Shown: in pieces, positions 37,099 through 49,200 of the stretch
Layout: each line of letters begins with the position of its first letter
How positions within the stretch are numbered: position 1 is the stretch's first letter
Origin: Macrostomum hystrix
Taxonomy: Eukaryota > Animalia > Platyhelminthes
Reading direction: 5' to 3'
DNA length: 64,000 nt
Assembly (NCBI GenBank): GCA_950097015.1
Contig: CATNEN010000034.1
Coordinates: 1,674,001-1,738,000 of the forward strand
Position numbers and translations under genes: made by a program
The notes under the pieces: generated by a model
Seen by the model: the letters and a program-made list of their open reading frames with translations, nothing else
Told to the model about the DNA's origin: nothing
Database searches by the model: none

Positions 37099-39154
37099 CT
37101 AATAAAGTTCTTCCCGACTATCACCAGCTTCCCCGCCATCAGCATCCGCGTCTTCCGGTTTAAGCTTCTCAACTCTCTGCATCCAGTCTTGTCGCATCGC
37201 GGCATCGAAAGCGGCGATGATTCGCCGCTCCTGTTCGCTCTCAATCTCGACGTCGCCCTCCGCTGGCAGCCGGCAGGAGTCCAGAGCGGCTCTGGCCAAC
37301 GGCAGCTCGTCACGGCAGATTTTCAAAAAGGCGTCCCGGCAGGCGTCTGACGGATGGCGCAGCAGGCGCTCGTGGGCGGCCAGCACGCGGTCCAGCGGAG
37401 CCACCAGGCAGTCGCTGGCGTGGCTAGAAAACTGTCGCGCTCCGGCGCGCAAGCCGGCCAGAGTCGACGCCAGGAAGTCGTCCAGTCGGCGACGTCGATC
37501 CACAATGTCGGCTTCAATTTGTCTGCGCAGAGCGAGTCGTTCGGCGTCGACAGCCGCCAGACGGCTGCGCAGAGCTTTGAGGCCGGCTTCGAGGGCGGCG
37601 CGCGACTCGGCAGTCCGACAGTCGGCCAGGTGGCGCGCCACAGCGGCGGACGAGTCGATGAGGCCAGCGCCGAGGCCCGGCAGCGGACGGCGCTGCTGCA
37701 GGCAGGGCACAAGGAGGCTGAGCTCCATCAGCTGAGCGCCTACGGCTTCAATGCGAGACTCGGCCGAGGCGAGGCCGGCGTTCAGGTCCGTCTCGAACCG
37801 GGTGCCAGCCAGAGGCAGCGGCCGGGCAGCCGCTAGGAGAGGTCGGAGGCCAGCCAGGCGGCCGTGCAGGTCGGCGAGGTCCGCTTCCAGCTGCCCGACC
37901 CTGCGAGTCCACAGCGGTGGCGAACGGCGATAAAATTATGAAACCAAGTCGATAATGAGTCGAAGAAAAATATACACGGCAACTTAAAAATCAGATACCG
38001 TGAAAATCCTGAAGGTTATCACAGGAAGAGGAATTTAAAAGCCTGAAGGTTCAGAAGCTGAGGAATCCTGAAGGTTCAAAAGCTGATGAATCCTAAGGTT
38101 CAGAAGCTGATGAATCCTGAATGTTCAGAAGCTGAGGAATCCCAAAGGTTCAGAAACTGAGGAATCCTGAGGAAGCTGAGGAAGGTTGAGAAGCTGTAAG
38201 AAAACTTATCAGAATCGTTAGACACTAACCTGGCTAGATTAAGGAAGGCCAAGCCCTTGGCGGACTCCGCCACCTCCTTCAGCGTGATGCTTCCGCATCT
38301 GAGAAAGGCATTCGGAATGAGAAAGGACTGATGATGCAAGTCGTTAATAGCGCTGTCCGCCTGTTTAGTGAGGCTGTGCCTTAGGCGCGCGGTCTCCTGG
38401 GCTAGGCGCATCAGGTCGGCTCGCGATACGGCCACGTTGGGCGAGCCGCGGCCCGCCTCGCTGCCGATAGCCGCCTGGCAGAGAGACGTCAGTTCGGCTA
38501 GCCTGATAAGTTTCAGCGGTTGCCCAAGTCATATAAATAAGCACTGCAGGCTGCTTTGATTTACTAAACCAAATAAACAACATAATGGGGTTTAGTAATT
38601 GGTCTTTTTCATTATACCCCGTCGTTGCTACACTTTATCTTTAATCTACCCAGCTATTAGCCTCCTGTCTACCCGGCCATTAGCCTCTTGTTTTTTTTAC
38701 GAGGCTATTTACAAAAAGGTAAAACTCTTTAGCTCTACAGCTCTAACACTGACCTATCCGCCAGTGCCACTGTGGCCTCTCGCCTCTGGCCAATCGAGTC
38801 GGACATTAGCAGCAACTGGCGCTCCAGCTGCACAATCTGACATTTCAGCATGAACACCCGGCGCCTGTCCAGGCATTCCCTGCGACATTCCTCCAGCACG
38901 AAGCCAATGAGGCTCTGGAGATCGTCAGGACCGCTGGGTTCAGTTTGGACTGCACGGTGGCACAACGGACCACAATGCTGACTCTGTCGGCGTGCTGCTG
39001 AACCCCCTCTGCTGGCCTGAGTTAGCAAAGGTGGCAGCGAACCTTGCTGCTGCTGATGCTGAGCTGTCTGGGGCCTGCTGCTGATAATGCCATCAGTCAC
39101 TGATATCTGGGATTGGGCTTTAGCTGACATTTTTGCTGTAATATTAGCTGACAT
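37099..39154 (-). CDS. Uncharacterised coiled-coil protein, about 491 aa
   Basis: complement(38754..39154, 38230..38502, 37099..37900) = 1476 nt, GT-AG, phase 2/2 consistent, GC-rich coding-like composition. Heptad-like segments VFMLKCQIVQLERQLLLM, VGQLEADLADLHGRL, LKALRSRLAAVDAERLALRRQIE. No family recognised. Confidence 0.72.
38030..38195. repeat. 25-bp minisatellite (GAAGGTTCAGAAGCTGAKGAATCCT)n
   Basis: Direct reading; intron of the coiled-coil gene. Confidence 0.88.
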
Positions 39155-42100
39155 ATAAAATTTCACTCATCTGCACAAAGTGTACTATGAAAAAAAATTC
39201 ATGCAGAAAAAACATGCAGTCAAAAGAGGGAAAACTGTAAAATAGCACAAGTACCTGCAATAGCAATAGCACAAAATAGTAAAACATATTTCCTTAACAT
39301 ATGTTAACCAGTATCCTAAATTAATACAAACTTTTAGTTTAATAAGTAAACAACAGATGTTTAGAATTCTAACTTTATTTGCTACCTTAATATTTCCTAT
39401 TTGATAGATATTTTTTGTCATTCATTCATCATTCCTATACAAAGTATAGATAGGAAACCAAATGATTAACTTTTATTATGTGTAGCTAATATGAAAAATA
39501 TTTATTGGCATTTTATACCACATCCCAATTAATCCGATACTGACTAATAATCTAATGGCTAAAATTCAATATATAACTATAATCTGTATATAAAGTTTAA
39601 AAGGTTGAATAACAGTTAAGAAACAAAAAAATGTTTTATCTTGTAGCTTTGCACATATAATTATTTTCTCTTCAGATTGTATCTTAATTAAGATTACCAA
39701 CATTTGATAAAGTTTGACTAAGTTTTTATGCATGCCAAAGCACCTCTTTGATAGTCATATCAAGGAGTTGATGTGGAATTGGATCTAGCATGCAAAATGA
39801 TATAGAAATCTCTTGTTCTGGGTTACCCACTACCACCGAGTCTAAGTAGGCCTATATGTATAACTGACTGTCCCATTGACAAAAATGTTAATAAATGTAT
39901 TAAAAACTATGATGCTAGCCGTTAGCGACATTTTACCACACAGTAAAAACCGCTAAATGATCATGTGTTATTCGTAACGATAAAAAATTATTAGTTTTCT
40001 ATTTACGTTCAAATCTCCACGTCTGACAAAAAATGTGGGAAACAGCTTGCATAGGACGATAAATAAATGCTGGTGTACGAGTGACAAATCTGGCTTGCTT
40101 GGCTTTTCATAGGAATGCACACTGACAGACTTCTGACAGACATCTTCTTAGAAATTGATGTTTTAAAAAGAATTTTTTGTAAGTATGCGATCCCGAAGAA
40201 AAAAACAATTGAGGTAAATTAGCCATTGATATTTAATAAAAACTTTTTCTCAGAAAGTAAAATTAATAAACTGAATGTCTTTTTAGCCTAAGGCAATATC
40301 GTTGTTAATTTTCACGTTTTTTGTTGCTAATTTAATTTTTTCTTTTGCAATTGCGTCAGTTAAATTTCATGAAAGTAAGCAATGTGATTCATCACTTAGA
40401 CCTACTCAGATTATACGCGTGATGCGCAGCTAATAGACATTATTGCTAAATACATAATTGATGTCCTAAAACCAGATCGAAATTTCACCTTTTATGTCGT
40501 GGCTAGTTACAAAACTTTATAATAAATAGACAGATGAGCTAGCAATGCTCATTAGGCCTATTATTCGATTTGACTATCCACATTACATCCACTTTAAATT
40601 TTGCATATAATGAGATCGAATGAAGCGCATGTAATAAAAATAAAAATAAATCTTCTTTTCAATCCTTATATAATTATGTCTGACTTTGTAAAAAAGTATA
40701 AATAATTCTAACTAAAAGGCACTGCTAGTCTGCTACTAGTGTATTGCTTTATGCGATTCTTGTGTAAATTAAAACATAGCTTTGTTTAGCATCTTATCTA
40801 ACAAGAACTCATAACTTTTATCTATAGCCTAAATAATTTTCATGAATTAAATTGTGTCACATTCTGGCTATGTAATAGCTGGCTATGTAGTTAGGTTAGG
40901 CTAGCTGTAATTTATCCAAATTATCAGTTAGCTTGTGATTAGTTTCTTTATTGCAAGAGAGTCTAGGCCAATAATAGTATGCTATTAAATGAATCATTTT
41001 TTATTTATAGCTTGCTCTGTCAGCCAACATTCTTGCAACATTATGTTACAGATAGTTGTTTAACTTTTAGAAAAAAGACTATTTTTATCTTTCACATTTT
41101 TATGCTATAAATAGCTACCTTTTTAGTATTAGACTCCCTAACTCCCTACCCTATTAGTATCCCTACCCTAATTAATATGAATAAGTCTTCATTTTGCATC
41201 AGGCATCTAGTGTGCCTAAGAAAATGTGGCAACTGTGGGTATGGACAGATTTTTAAATACATGGGGGCACATATAGGTGCATATGCAGGTTTACATTTGC
41301 AATGACACATTGAAAATTAGCCAGATGTATTACTAAAAAGCCTTATATAGGCAATAACTAAAATACCAAACTATAATACTAGACTTGTTTGATGTTCATG
41401 GACATGGTTAGGCCCTAGTATGGCTTAGTTATATATTAGGGGAATTGTGAAACTTTCTTGACTATGTAATAAAATGTATGGAATGTTTTGAAAATTTTAG
41501 TCATTACTCCTTAAGCACTTAAATATCTGGTCTGGCCTATTGAATGTAAAACAGCATGAAAATAGATAATATGGACAATATGGACATATGGACAATATGG
41601 ACAAAGTTTAAAAAATGTCACAGAATTTTCATTACTAGGCCCCTATTTAGAAATTCAAATTTTCATCATTCACTATCAGTCAATCACCATCACTAATTTT
41701 TTTGTAGTGCCACCTAGCTTGGGACTGGCTCACTCCACATTTGTTATCCATGGCTATATGGATGTCATGGTAGTGCTTAATAAGTTTTCTGAAGCCAGCC
41801 TCCTAGAAGGTTGTATCTAGCTGATGTAGGGATTATTTAGTGGCATTGATGACCTGCTTGTGTGTTGTTAAGACTTTGTTGTCTTTATTGGGCCAAACAG
41901 ATAGAAGTCAGCAATGGCCAAGACTAGACTATTGGCTGGGTACTTAAGTTGGTAGAAGCCAAGTTCCCCCACCTTGTGCCTCTCTTTAAGAAGTCTATTA
42001 AATTGATTATGTGAATCAAATTTATCAAACTTATTTTATCTGTTTATGCTTCTGGCAGTTTAAGCTTTAGTGACAACAAATTTATGCTCATTTGGAAATT

Positions 42101-42826
42101 CCATTCCTACACAGCAACAACAATCTAGAAACCTGAGCTGTTCCATGTTTTTAACACTAAGCTTTGTTATTTATATATAAGAAAATCTAAAGCCTAGCTG
42201 TGTATAGAATTTATTCTTTATTCCTCTATTGTCATTTGTAATATAGTATGCAGTAGCTAACAGTTTTGGTATAAGAGATTCAGACCAATCTAATTCTTTG
42301 TTTGTATAATATATATTGTTTTTAGCTGACAGTTTTATTTATCGGTAAGTATAACCCATGAGCTAATTAAAATGATCATGTTTATGCTGAATAATGAACA
42401 CTTTTTATTACACCAATTGTTAATTAAATATTTTAATTCTATTTTAGGTTATCATATTCTATTTATACATGATATTTTTTGTTTATTTTCCCTGCTAAAT
42501 TCGACCAAATGTGCAGCTTACAGAATAGCTGCAGCTACTACCCTGAAGGCTGCTAGTTGGGACTGCACACCCAATCCTCAAATACCCCAGCTAATGCTGT
42601 TACCCATTTAACAGCTGGCCAAGCTGGACTGAAGAGTTAAGTGTCTTGCCACGAATAGTTTCAGTAGAGTGGTTAATCAAACCATCGATGCCTTTAGTTT
42701 GTCAAGTAAATAAAACTGTAAGGTGTACTATACAATACATGGTTGTGTAAAGGTTTTTAGGTTTGCAGATATGTTACTTTAAAAAGTGTTACGAAATAAC
42801 TTTTTCAGAAAAAAGCATAAAAAATA

Positions 42827-44848
42827 ATGGCTGAAAAAGCTCAACAAAGCACCGGCGTCGAGGGCATGGACCCTGACGGCACCATCGACACCAACTGGGA
42901 TCACGTGTGCGAAAGCTTCGACGATATGGAGCTGCAGGAGTCCCTGCTGCGCGGTATCTACGCCTACGGTTTTGAAAAGCCCTCCGCCATCCAGCAGCGG
43001 GCCATCATTCCGTGCATCAAGGGCCACGATGTGATTGCCCAGGCCCAGTCTGGCACTGGCAAGACTGCCACCTTCGCCATCGCCATTCTGCAGAGCATCA
43101 ATCCTGAAATTCGCGACGTTCAGGCCCTAGTGCTGGCGCCCACCCGCGAGCTGGCCCAGCAGATTCAGAAGGTTGTGCTGTCACTTGGCGACTACATGGG
43201 TGCCAAGTGCCACGCCTGCATCGGCGGTACGAAGGTCAAGGAAGATGAGGCTCAGTTCGACAGCGGAGTTCAGGTTAGTCCCCTTTGCAACTTGCAATTG
43301 CAATAAAAATCCTGATTCCTGATCATGTTCGACAGAAAAGTCACAAAATATCTTTTAATTTCACAAAAAATCTGTTTTTGTCAAACTTCTTAGATCTCAG
43401 GGACCTAAAACCTAATGCTTCGCAAAAACTTATCATCTTGGACTAGTAAAATTATTTTTAGGAAAACTGGCTTAGCTCAGTCTCTCGCCTTACTCCTTCT
43501 CTATTCCCTTCTAGCGTGCTAAAATTTGATCTATTTTTAGCACAGCGACTTCGAGGGAGCTGGCAGGGCTGCTGCGTACATTAGCGTACAGGTTCTTCGG
43601 GAGGGATGAGAATTAGGGACAGGGAGAGAGACTTGAGAACTGCCAAAAATGGTCAGTAGCTGTCGGGATTTGGGTTCCGCTAGTGGGGATTAATTTTGCT
43701 CGGAGCTTCTCAAAGAAGTAATAGCTTAGGTTGCTTTCTCACAGAGGCCACTTTTTTGCTACAGCAAACAGAATAAATAGTTTTTTTTCTCATTTGCACT
43801 TTTGTGTCACAAAATCTAAGCAGAGTTAAATCAAGCACATACATAAACATTCGAAAAACCATGGACCGTGTGCGCTCAAGAATTTCGAAACGGCCCTGAG
43901 TTCGAATCTTCGACTAGAATCTGACATGCGAAGTCTAGTTATTATATAATATATGAAAAATAACTTCATTTACCTTGCGGCATCCGTGCAACGCAGGTGG
44001 TTGTGGGCACGCCTGGTCGAGTATTCGACATGACCAATCGTGGCATCCTGCGCACCAAGCACATTCGCATGTTTGTCCTAGACGAAGCCGACGAGATGCT
44101 CGGCCGCGGCTTCAAGGAGCAGATCTACGAGGTGTTTCGCCTGATGCCGGAGGAGGTTCAGGTTGTACTGCTCTCCGCCACCATGCCTGCCGATGTGCTG
44201 GAAGTTACCAACAAGTTCATGCGAAATCCAATCAAGATCCTGGTCAAGAAGGAGGAGCTGACCCTGGAAGGTATTCGCCAATTCTACATCGACGTTGAGC
44301 GCGACGACTGGAAGCTGGACACCCTGTGCGACCTGTACGAGACCCTCACCATCGCGCAGGCCGTCATCTTCTGCAACACCCGCCGCAAGGTCGAATGGCT
44401 CGCCGAGAAGATGGGCGCCCGCGACTTCACCGTCAGCTACATGCACGGCGAGATGGAACAGGCGGTTCGCGATCGCATTATGCGCGAATTCCGCTCCGGC
44501 AGCAGTCGGGTGCTCATCACCACGGACCTCCTGGCTCGCGGCATCGATGTGCAGCAGGTCTCACTGGTTATCAACTACGATCTTCCAACTAATCGGGAGA
44601 ACTACATCCACAGGTGAGTTCTTGAAATCCCGACTTTAAAACTTCTGTATAGCGTTTCTATTTCGAGTAGCAATCAGATAACAATCTGCCCCTGTCATTT
44701 CAGAATCGGTCGCGGCGGCCGCTTCGGCAGGAAGGGCGTCGCCATCAACTTCATCACCACCGAAGATCAGCGCACTTTGCACGATCTGGAAACCTACTAC
44801 AATACGTCCATCGAAGAGATGCCGATGGATGTGGCCAACCTCATTTAG
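42827..44848 (+). CDS. eIF4A: Eukaryotic translation initiation factor 4A (DEAD-box helicase), 402 aa
   Basis: join(42827..43273, 43997..44613, 44704..44848) = 1209 nt. Q-motif [63 protein letters not shown]-terminal [11 protein letters not shown]. Confidence 0.98.
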
Positions 44849-46218
44849 AGGAAGCGATTTTGCGGAGGCCGACGCTAGAATCTTCTCTCCAATTTAGTGA
44901 GCGGAGCTGGGTCAGCTGATCTGTGTTTTCTGCGGACTCTTGCAAACTCGGAAACAATAAAATAACAGGAATAATAACAGACGCGGTAATCCCCAAACCA
45001 CTCGATCCCAAAGTCTCGCTCTTTGGTTATTGTTTATTGTTATTATTAAAGAACACAAGAACAAGTTAATAGAAGCTGGAAAACAAAAATAAACCAATTG
45101 TAAGCTAACACAAATTCTACAGTACATTTCACAGTGAGCTGCAGTTGTGTGTGCGTTTGCCCGCGAAATGCCCTCGCCTCGCCGTGTGTCCCAATTAATG
45201 TTAACAGTGGAGGCCCGATTATTAATATTAATAATGTGTTACCAACTTTGTGTTCGGATAAAAGTCCTACTATTAGTAACAGTTGCTGCAGTAATTATTG
45301 CTATTGTTATTACTAATGCTGGCGCTGCTGATGTTAAGAAAATTCTCCCGCTATTGTCCTCATTCGCTGACTGGATGCTTCTAATGCTGTCTGTTACTCG
45401 ACAGATTAGTAATAATAATATAACAATTAATCACCTTGGTAACTGTTGCCACAATGACAAGTGTATCTTTGTTGACTCTTTGTCTTAGTTTTTTTACGTC
45501 AAGTCACATGAATTGTCGTCATGTTTTGCGTAGCATCTGTGTATTTGCTTTAGTCAAAAGCTCGGCTTAAAAACGATAAATTTTTACAAAAAGCTTTTGC
45601 AGCGAAATCGGGTTGGGCGCGGAAGCTATTATATAAGGGGCAAGAAAAATATAATTAATCATCTTCTAATTATTGGCGCTATGCCTGTACTAAATGTGAG
45701 CATGGGTACGCTTAGATGAAAGTATTTTTATGTACATTTGTACGTACTTTGGGCGCAAATGGCGGAATAATACATTTTTACCTGTAAATGTACACGTGGG
45801 TCTTGAATTAAACTAGTCAGTTTATTGTCCTAGCCATAGACAATTAGGAAGTTTTTTTTAATGTCTGTTAACTAGATTTGGAAGTGATGGGATACATTTA
45901 CAAATTGTGACTACACGACTCAGTAGCGTTTAAATAACTAGAATCATCATATTATCATATCGTGCAATATATGCCCGAATACCGTAGTCAGCAACTACTT
46001 GTAATATCCAGAAAAATACTTATCGTTGTTTACATTGCAAGCTTTAAAAATACGACTTTGATTGGCCAGGAAGGAAATAACTTTGTTGCTATTTTTAGAA
46101 CAACTTGTGCGGGAAACCCCGATTCCTTGCCTCGAATCGAAAGCACGTGACTTGGGTCAATGCGCGGTGTGAGCCAATTGAATCAATGATAATAAACACA
46201 GTAAGGCTGACAAAAAAT

Positions 46219-49200
46219 CTAGACACGAGACCCGCCGGGCATCGATGTCCGTCCAGTCATCGAAGTCAGGGTGACCACAGACGAGGACGCTGTCGACGGA
46301 TCCCACTCCTGCTGCTCCTTTGCGGCGCGCTTGTGCCAGCGGGCGGCCCTTAGCACAGGCATCGCGCCGATGCACAATGTCACCAGCAGGGCGCTGGACA
46401 GTGCCACGTAGAAGCCGCCGTAGGGCAGCGCGGCCAAGCTGCCGTTGCACTCGCTCACCACCGTGCTGAGCACTGCCGAGATGCCGCTGCAGTGGCCAAC
46501 TCTGGCTAGAATGCGCGACAGAAGACTGTTGAGGCTGGCTGCTAGCTCTGTAGTGTACTCCGTTAGGACCTGGTGGTGTGTCAATGGATGAAGCCAAATG
46601 TATGCAGATCAATAGAATTTCAACCTAGCGCTCTGCCTCTCGCGCCAAGGTCCATGCTGAGTTCGATTCCGCGGCGAAGCCACATTTATTCGGCCACGGA
46701 GCCGCGGAGAGAAGGCTTTGGGGGCTTTTCGTGCAATTCGCGCCCTTTAGGGCCAACCTCCAAGGCACAGTGAAAGCGTACACTGCTGACGATGAGAAAG
46801 TCACGCCCTGTGTGAGCATGTTCCGTGTACAGTATCTGTGTGCAGCGTGTGCTCAGGAGTCAGCGGAATGTGCCGAAGTGCCTTCTCGCTGACTGCGGGT
46901 CTAGTGTCACCCAGGGATGTGCCACTGTAGGCAGCCCTCTTGCAATTATTATTATTATACTGGTACCTATTTTAGATCGTATAGATGGGTGATATGAAGC
47001 TATTAGAAATTATATATCTTTCTCAAGGACCAAAACTGTTTACCTGACTGAGTTTCGAACCCACGACCTCTTAGTTAAAAGTCTAAACCTTAATTCTCGG
47101 GGCTTCAACCTCACGCGCCAAGATTCCAAATGACTTAGGAATCTATCGGAAGTTTCTAAATGCCCTCTAAAGATCTTGAACCAGTATTTTAACTGAAAAG
47201 TGCTTTCAGTTTAAGCATTAAAATCCCAGTCTCAAAAAATCCCATCCCTAGATCCCAGAGTTCCCACGAAAAGCCCCCACCTGATCGTAGCGCCTGGACA
47301 CAGCATCCAGCAGGGCAGTCTTGTTTGACAGGGCCTTCTTGAGGTTGGCCAGGCTGGCCGTCAGCTCCACGGTGAGGTTCAGCACCAGCCGGTTGTTCTG
47401 CAGCACCAGGAAGCGCTGTTGCATCTGGGCCAGGCTGTGGTTCAGCGCCGGATAGTCCGTGGTGTAGGAGGCGTTCAGATTTTCACCGAAATGTTGAATC
47501 AGAATAGCCCGACTGTCTGAGGGGTTGCGGTCCAGCAGGATTCGAACCATGGCCTGCAGTTCGCCTAGCAGCAGCGGCATCCGGTCACCGATGATCAGCA
47601 GCGGCTTGGATAGCTCCGCGATGCTGGCCGAGAAGTCCTGCGTGTCGATGATGTTGGCGAACTCGGGCAGCACGGCGAGGATGCTGTCCACCTGGGCTGG
47701 GATCAGCGTGCTGCCGTTCAGGTCGCCCACCATCTTCTCCACCATCTCCCTGCCTGGAATTAGCGGGCAAGTGAATAGTGAAACTATGCATTCTCACTAT
47801 CTCCCAGTCTGTCTCACCATCTCCCAGTCTGTCTCACCATCTCCCAGTCTGTCTCACTATATCCCAGTCTGTCTCACCATCTCCCAGGTTGTCTCACTAT
47901 ATATTTATCTGTCTCCATGCATAATAACTTACCTTTGTATAGCTGATCCTTGACCTCCTTGGCCTTCAACAGGTCGGTTAGATTGAAGGCATCGACTAGA
48001 TTGTAGATCTGGAAGAAGGTTGCGCTGGAATTCCGGCAGTTGCCCAGCAGAACACCCAGCAGGCCCTTCGGCAGCATTGACTGGGTCAGCGGCAATGGAA
48101 TGCTGACTTTAGTAGCCAGAAGGCGCTGCAACAACGGCCAGAGGGCGTCGTCCATCAGACGGTCGAGCTGTCCGTCCACCACCGCGGTGGCAGACGGCGA
48201 GGACATGTACCTGCAGGCGTCTAACTGGATCTCGCTGCCAGCGTACAGCAAGGCGAAGCCAAAGACGAACATCAGCGCGAAGGAGATCCCCAGGGCGAAC
48301 ATGACGCGAATCATCGGGTTGGTCTTCATCAGCCGCATGCCTCGGTCCATTCGACGCAGTCGGCGAAACTCCACGGCTGCCAGCTCCTGCTTCTGATTGG
48401 ACATTCTCTCCTGCTTGACCTCCATGATGCTCGTGAGACTGCGCAGTGTTGGCCTCTGCGGCTGATGCTGCAGACGGCGCGCGTGTAAAATGACGTCAGA
48501 TTTGGGTTATCTCTATCTCTGCAACTCTAAAGACGCTCTGTATTTTAAGGAAGCTCGGTATCTCTACATCTCTACGGGCTCTGTGTCACTAAGGACGCTT
48601 CTTGTCACTAATGGACACTCCTTGTCACCAAGGACGCTCCTTGTCACTAAGGACGCTTCTTGTCACTAAGGACGCTCCTTGTCACTAAGGACGCTTCTTG
48701 TCACTGAGGCCGTTCCTTGTCACTAAGGACGCTCCTTGTCACCAAGGACGCTCCTTGTCACCAAGGACGCTCCTTGTCACCAAGGACGCTCCTTGTCACC
48801 AAGGACGCTCCTTGTCACCAAGGACGCTTCTTGTCACCAAGGACGCTCCTTGTCACCAAGGACGCTCCTTGTCACCAAGGACGCTCCTTGTCACCAAGGA
48901 CGCTCCTTGTCACCAAGGACGCTCCTTGTCACCAAGGACGCTCCTTGTCACCAAGGACGCTCCTTGTCACTAAGGACGCTCTGTATGTCCCCAAAGATAC
49001 TCCGTTGTATTTCTAATAACGAAATGTAAAAACAATCACATACAATTACATAGTCGTACCCTAACTGCTGCAGCCAGCTGCTGCTGCTTCGGCTCCGGAC
49101 TGAAATCCGTGGGCGGTCCATCGCCGCCCATCTGCCGGCCGTTCCTGGCTGTCTCCCACTGGCGCCTCTGATAATAAAAGTACACCAGCACAATGATAAT

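Noticed and set aside
38030-38195. CTGATGA motifs in the 25-bp repeat as hammerhead ribozymes
   Set aside because: No correctly placed GAAA or flanking helices.
47045-47110. tRNA-Lys(UUU)-like sequence on the minus strand (GACTTTTAA...GGGTTCGAAAC)
   Set aside because: Only anticodon and T-arm fragments; no acceptor stem. At most a decayed SINE head, not a tRNA gene.
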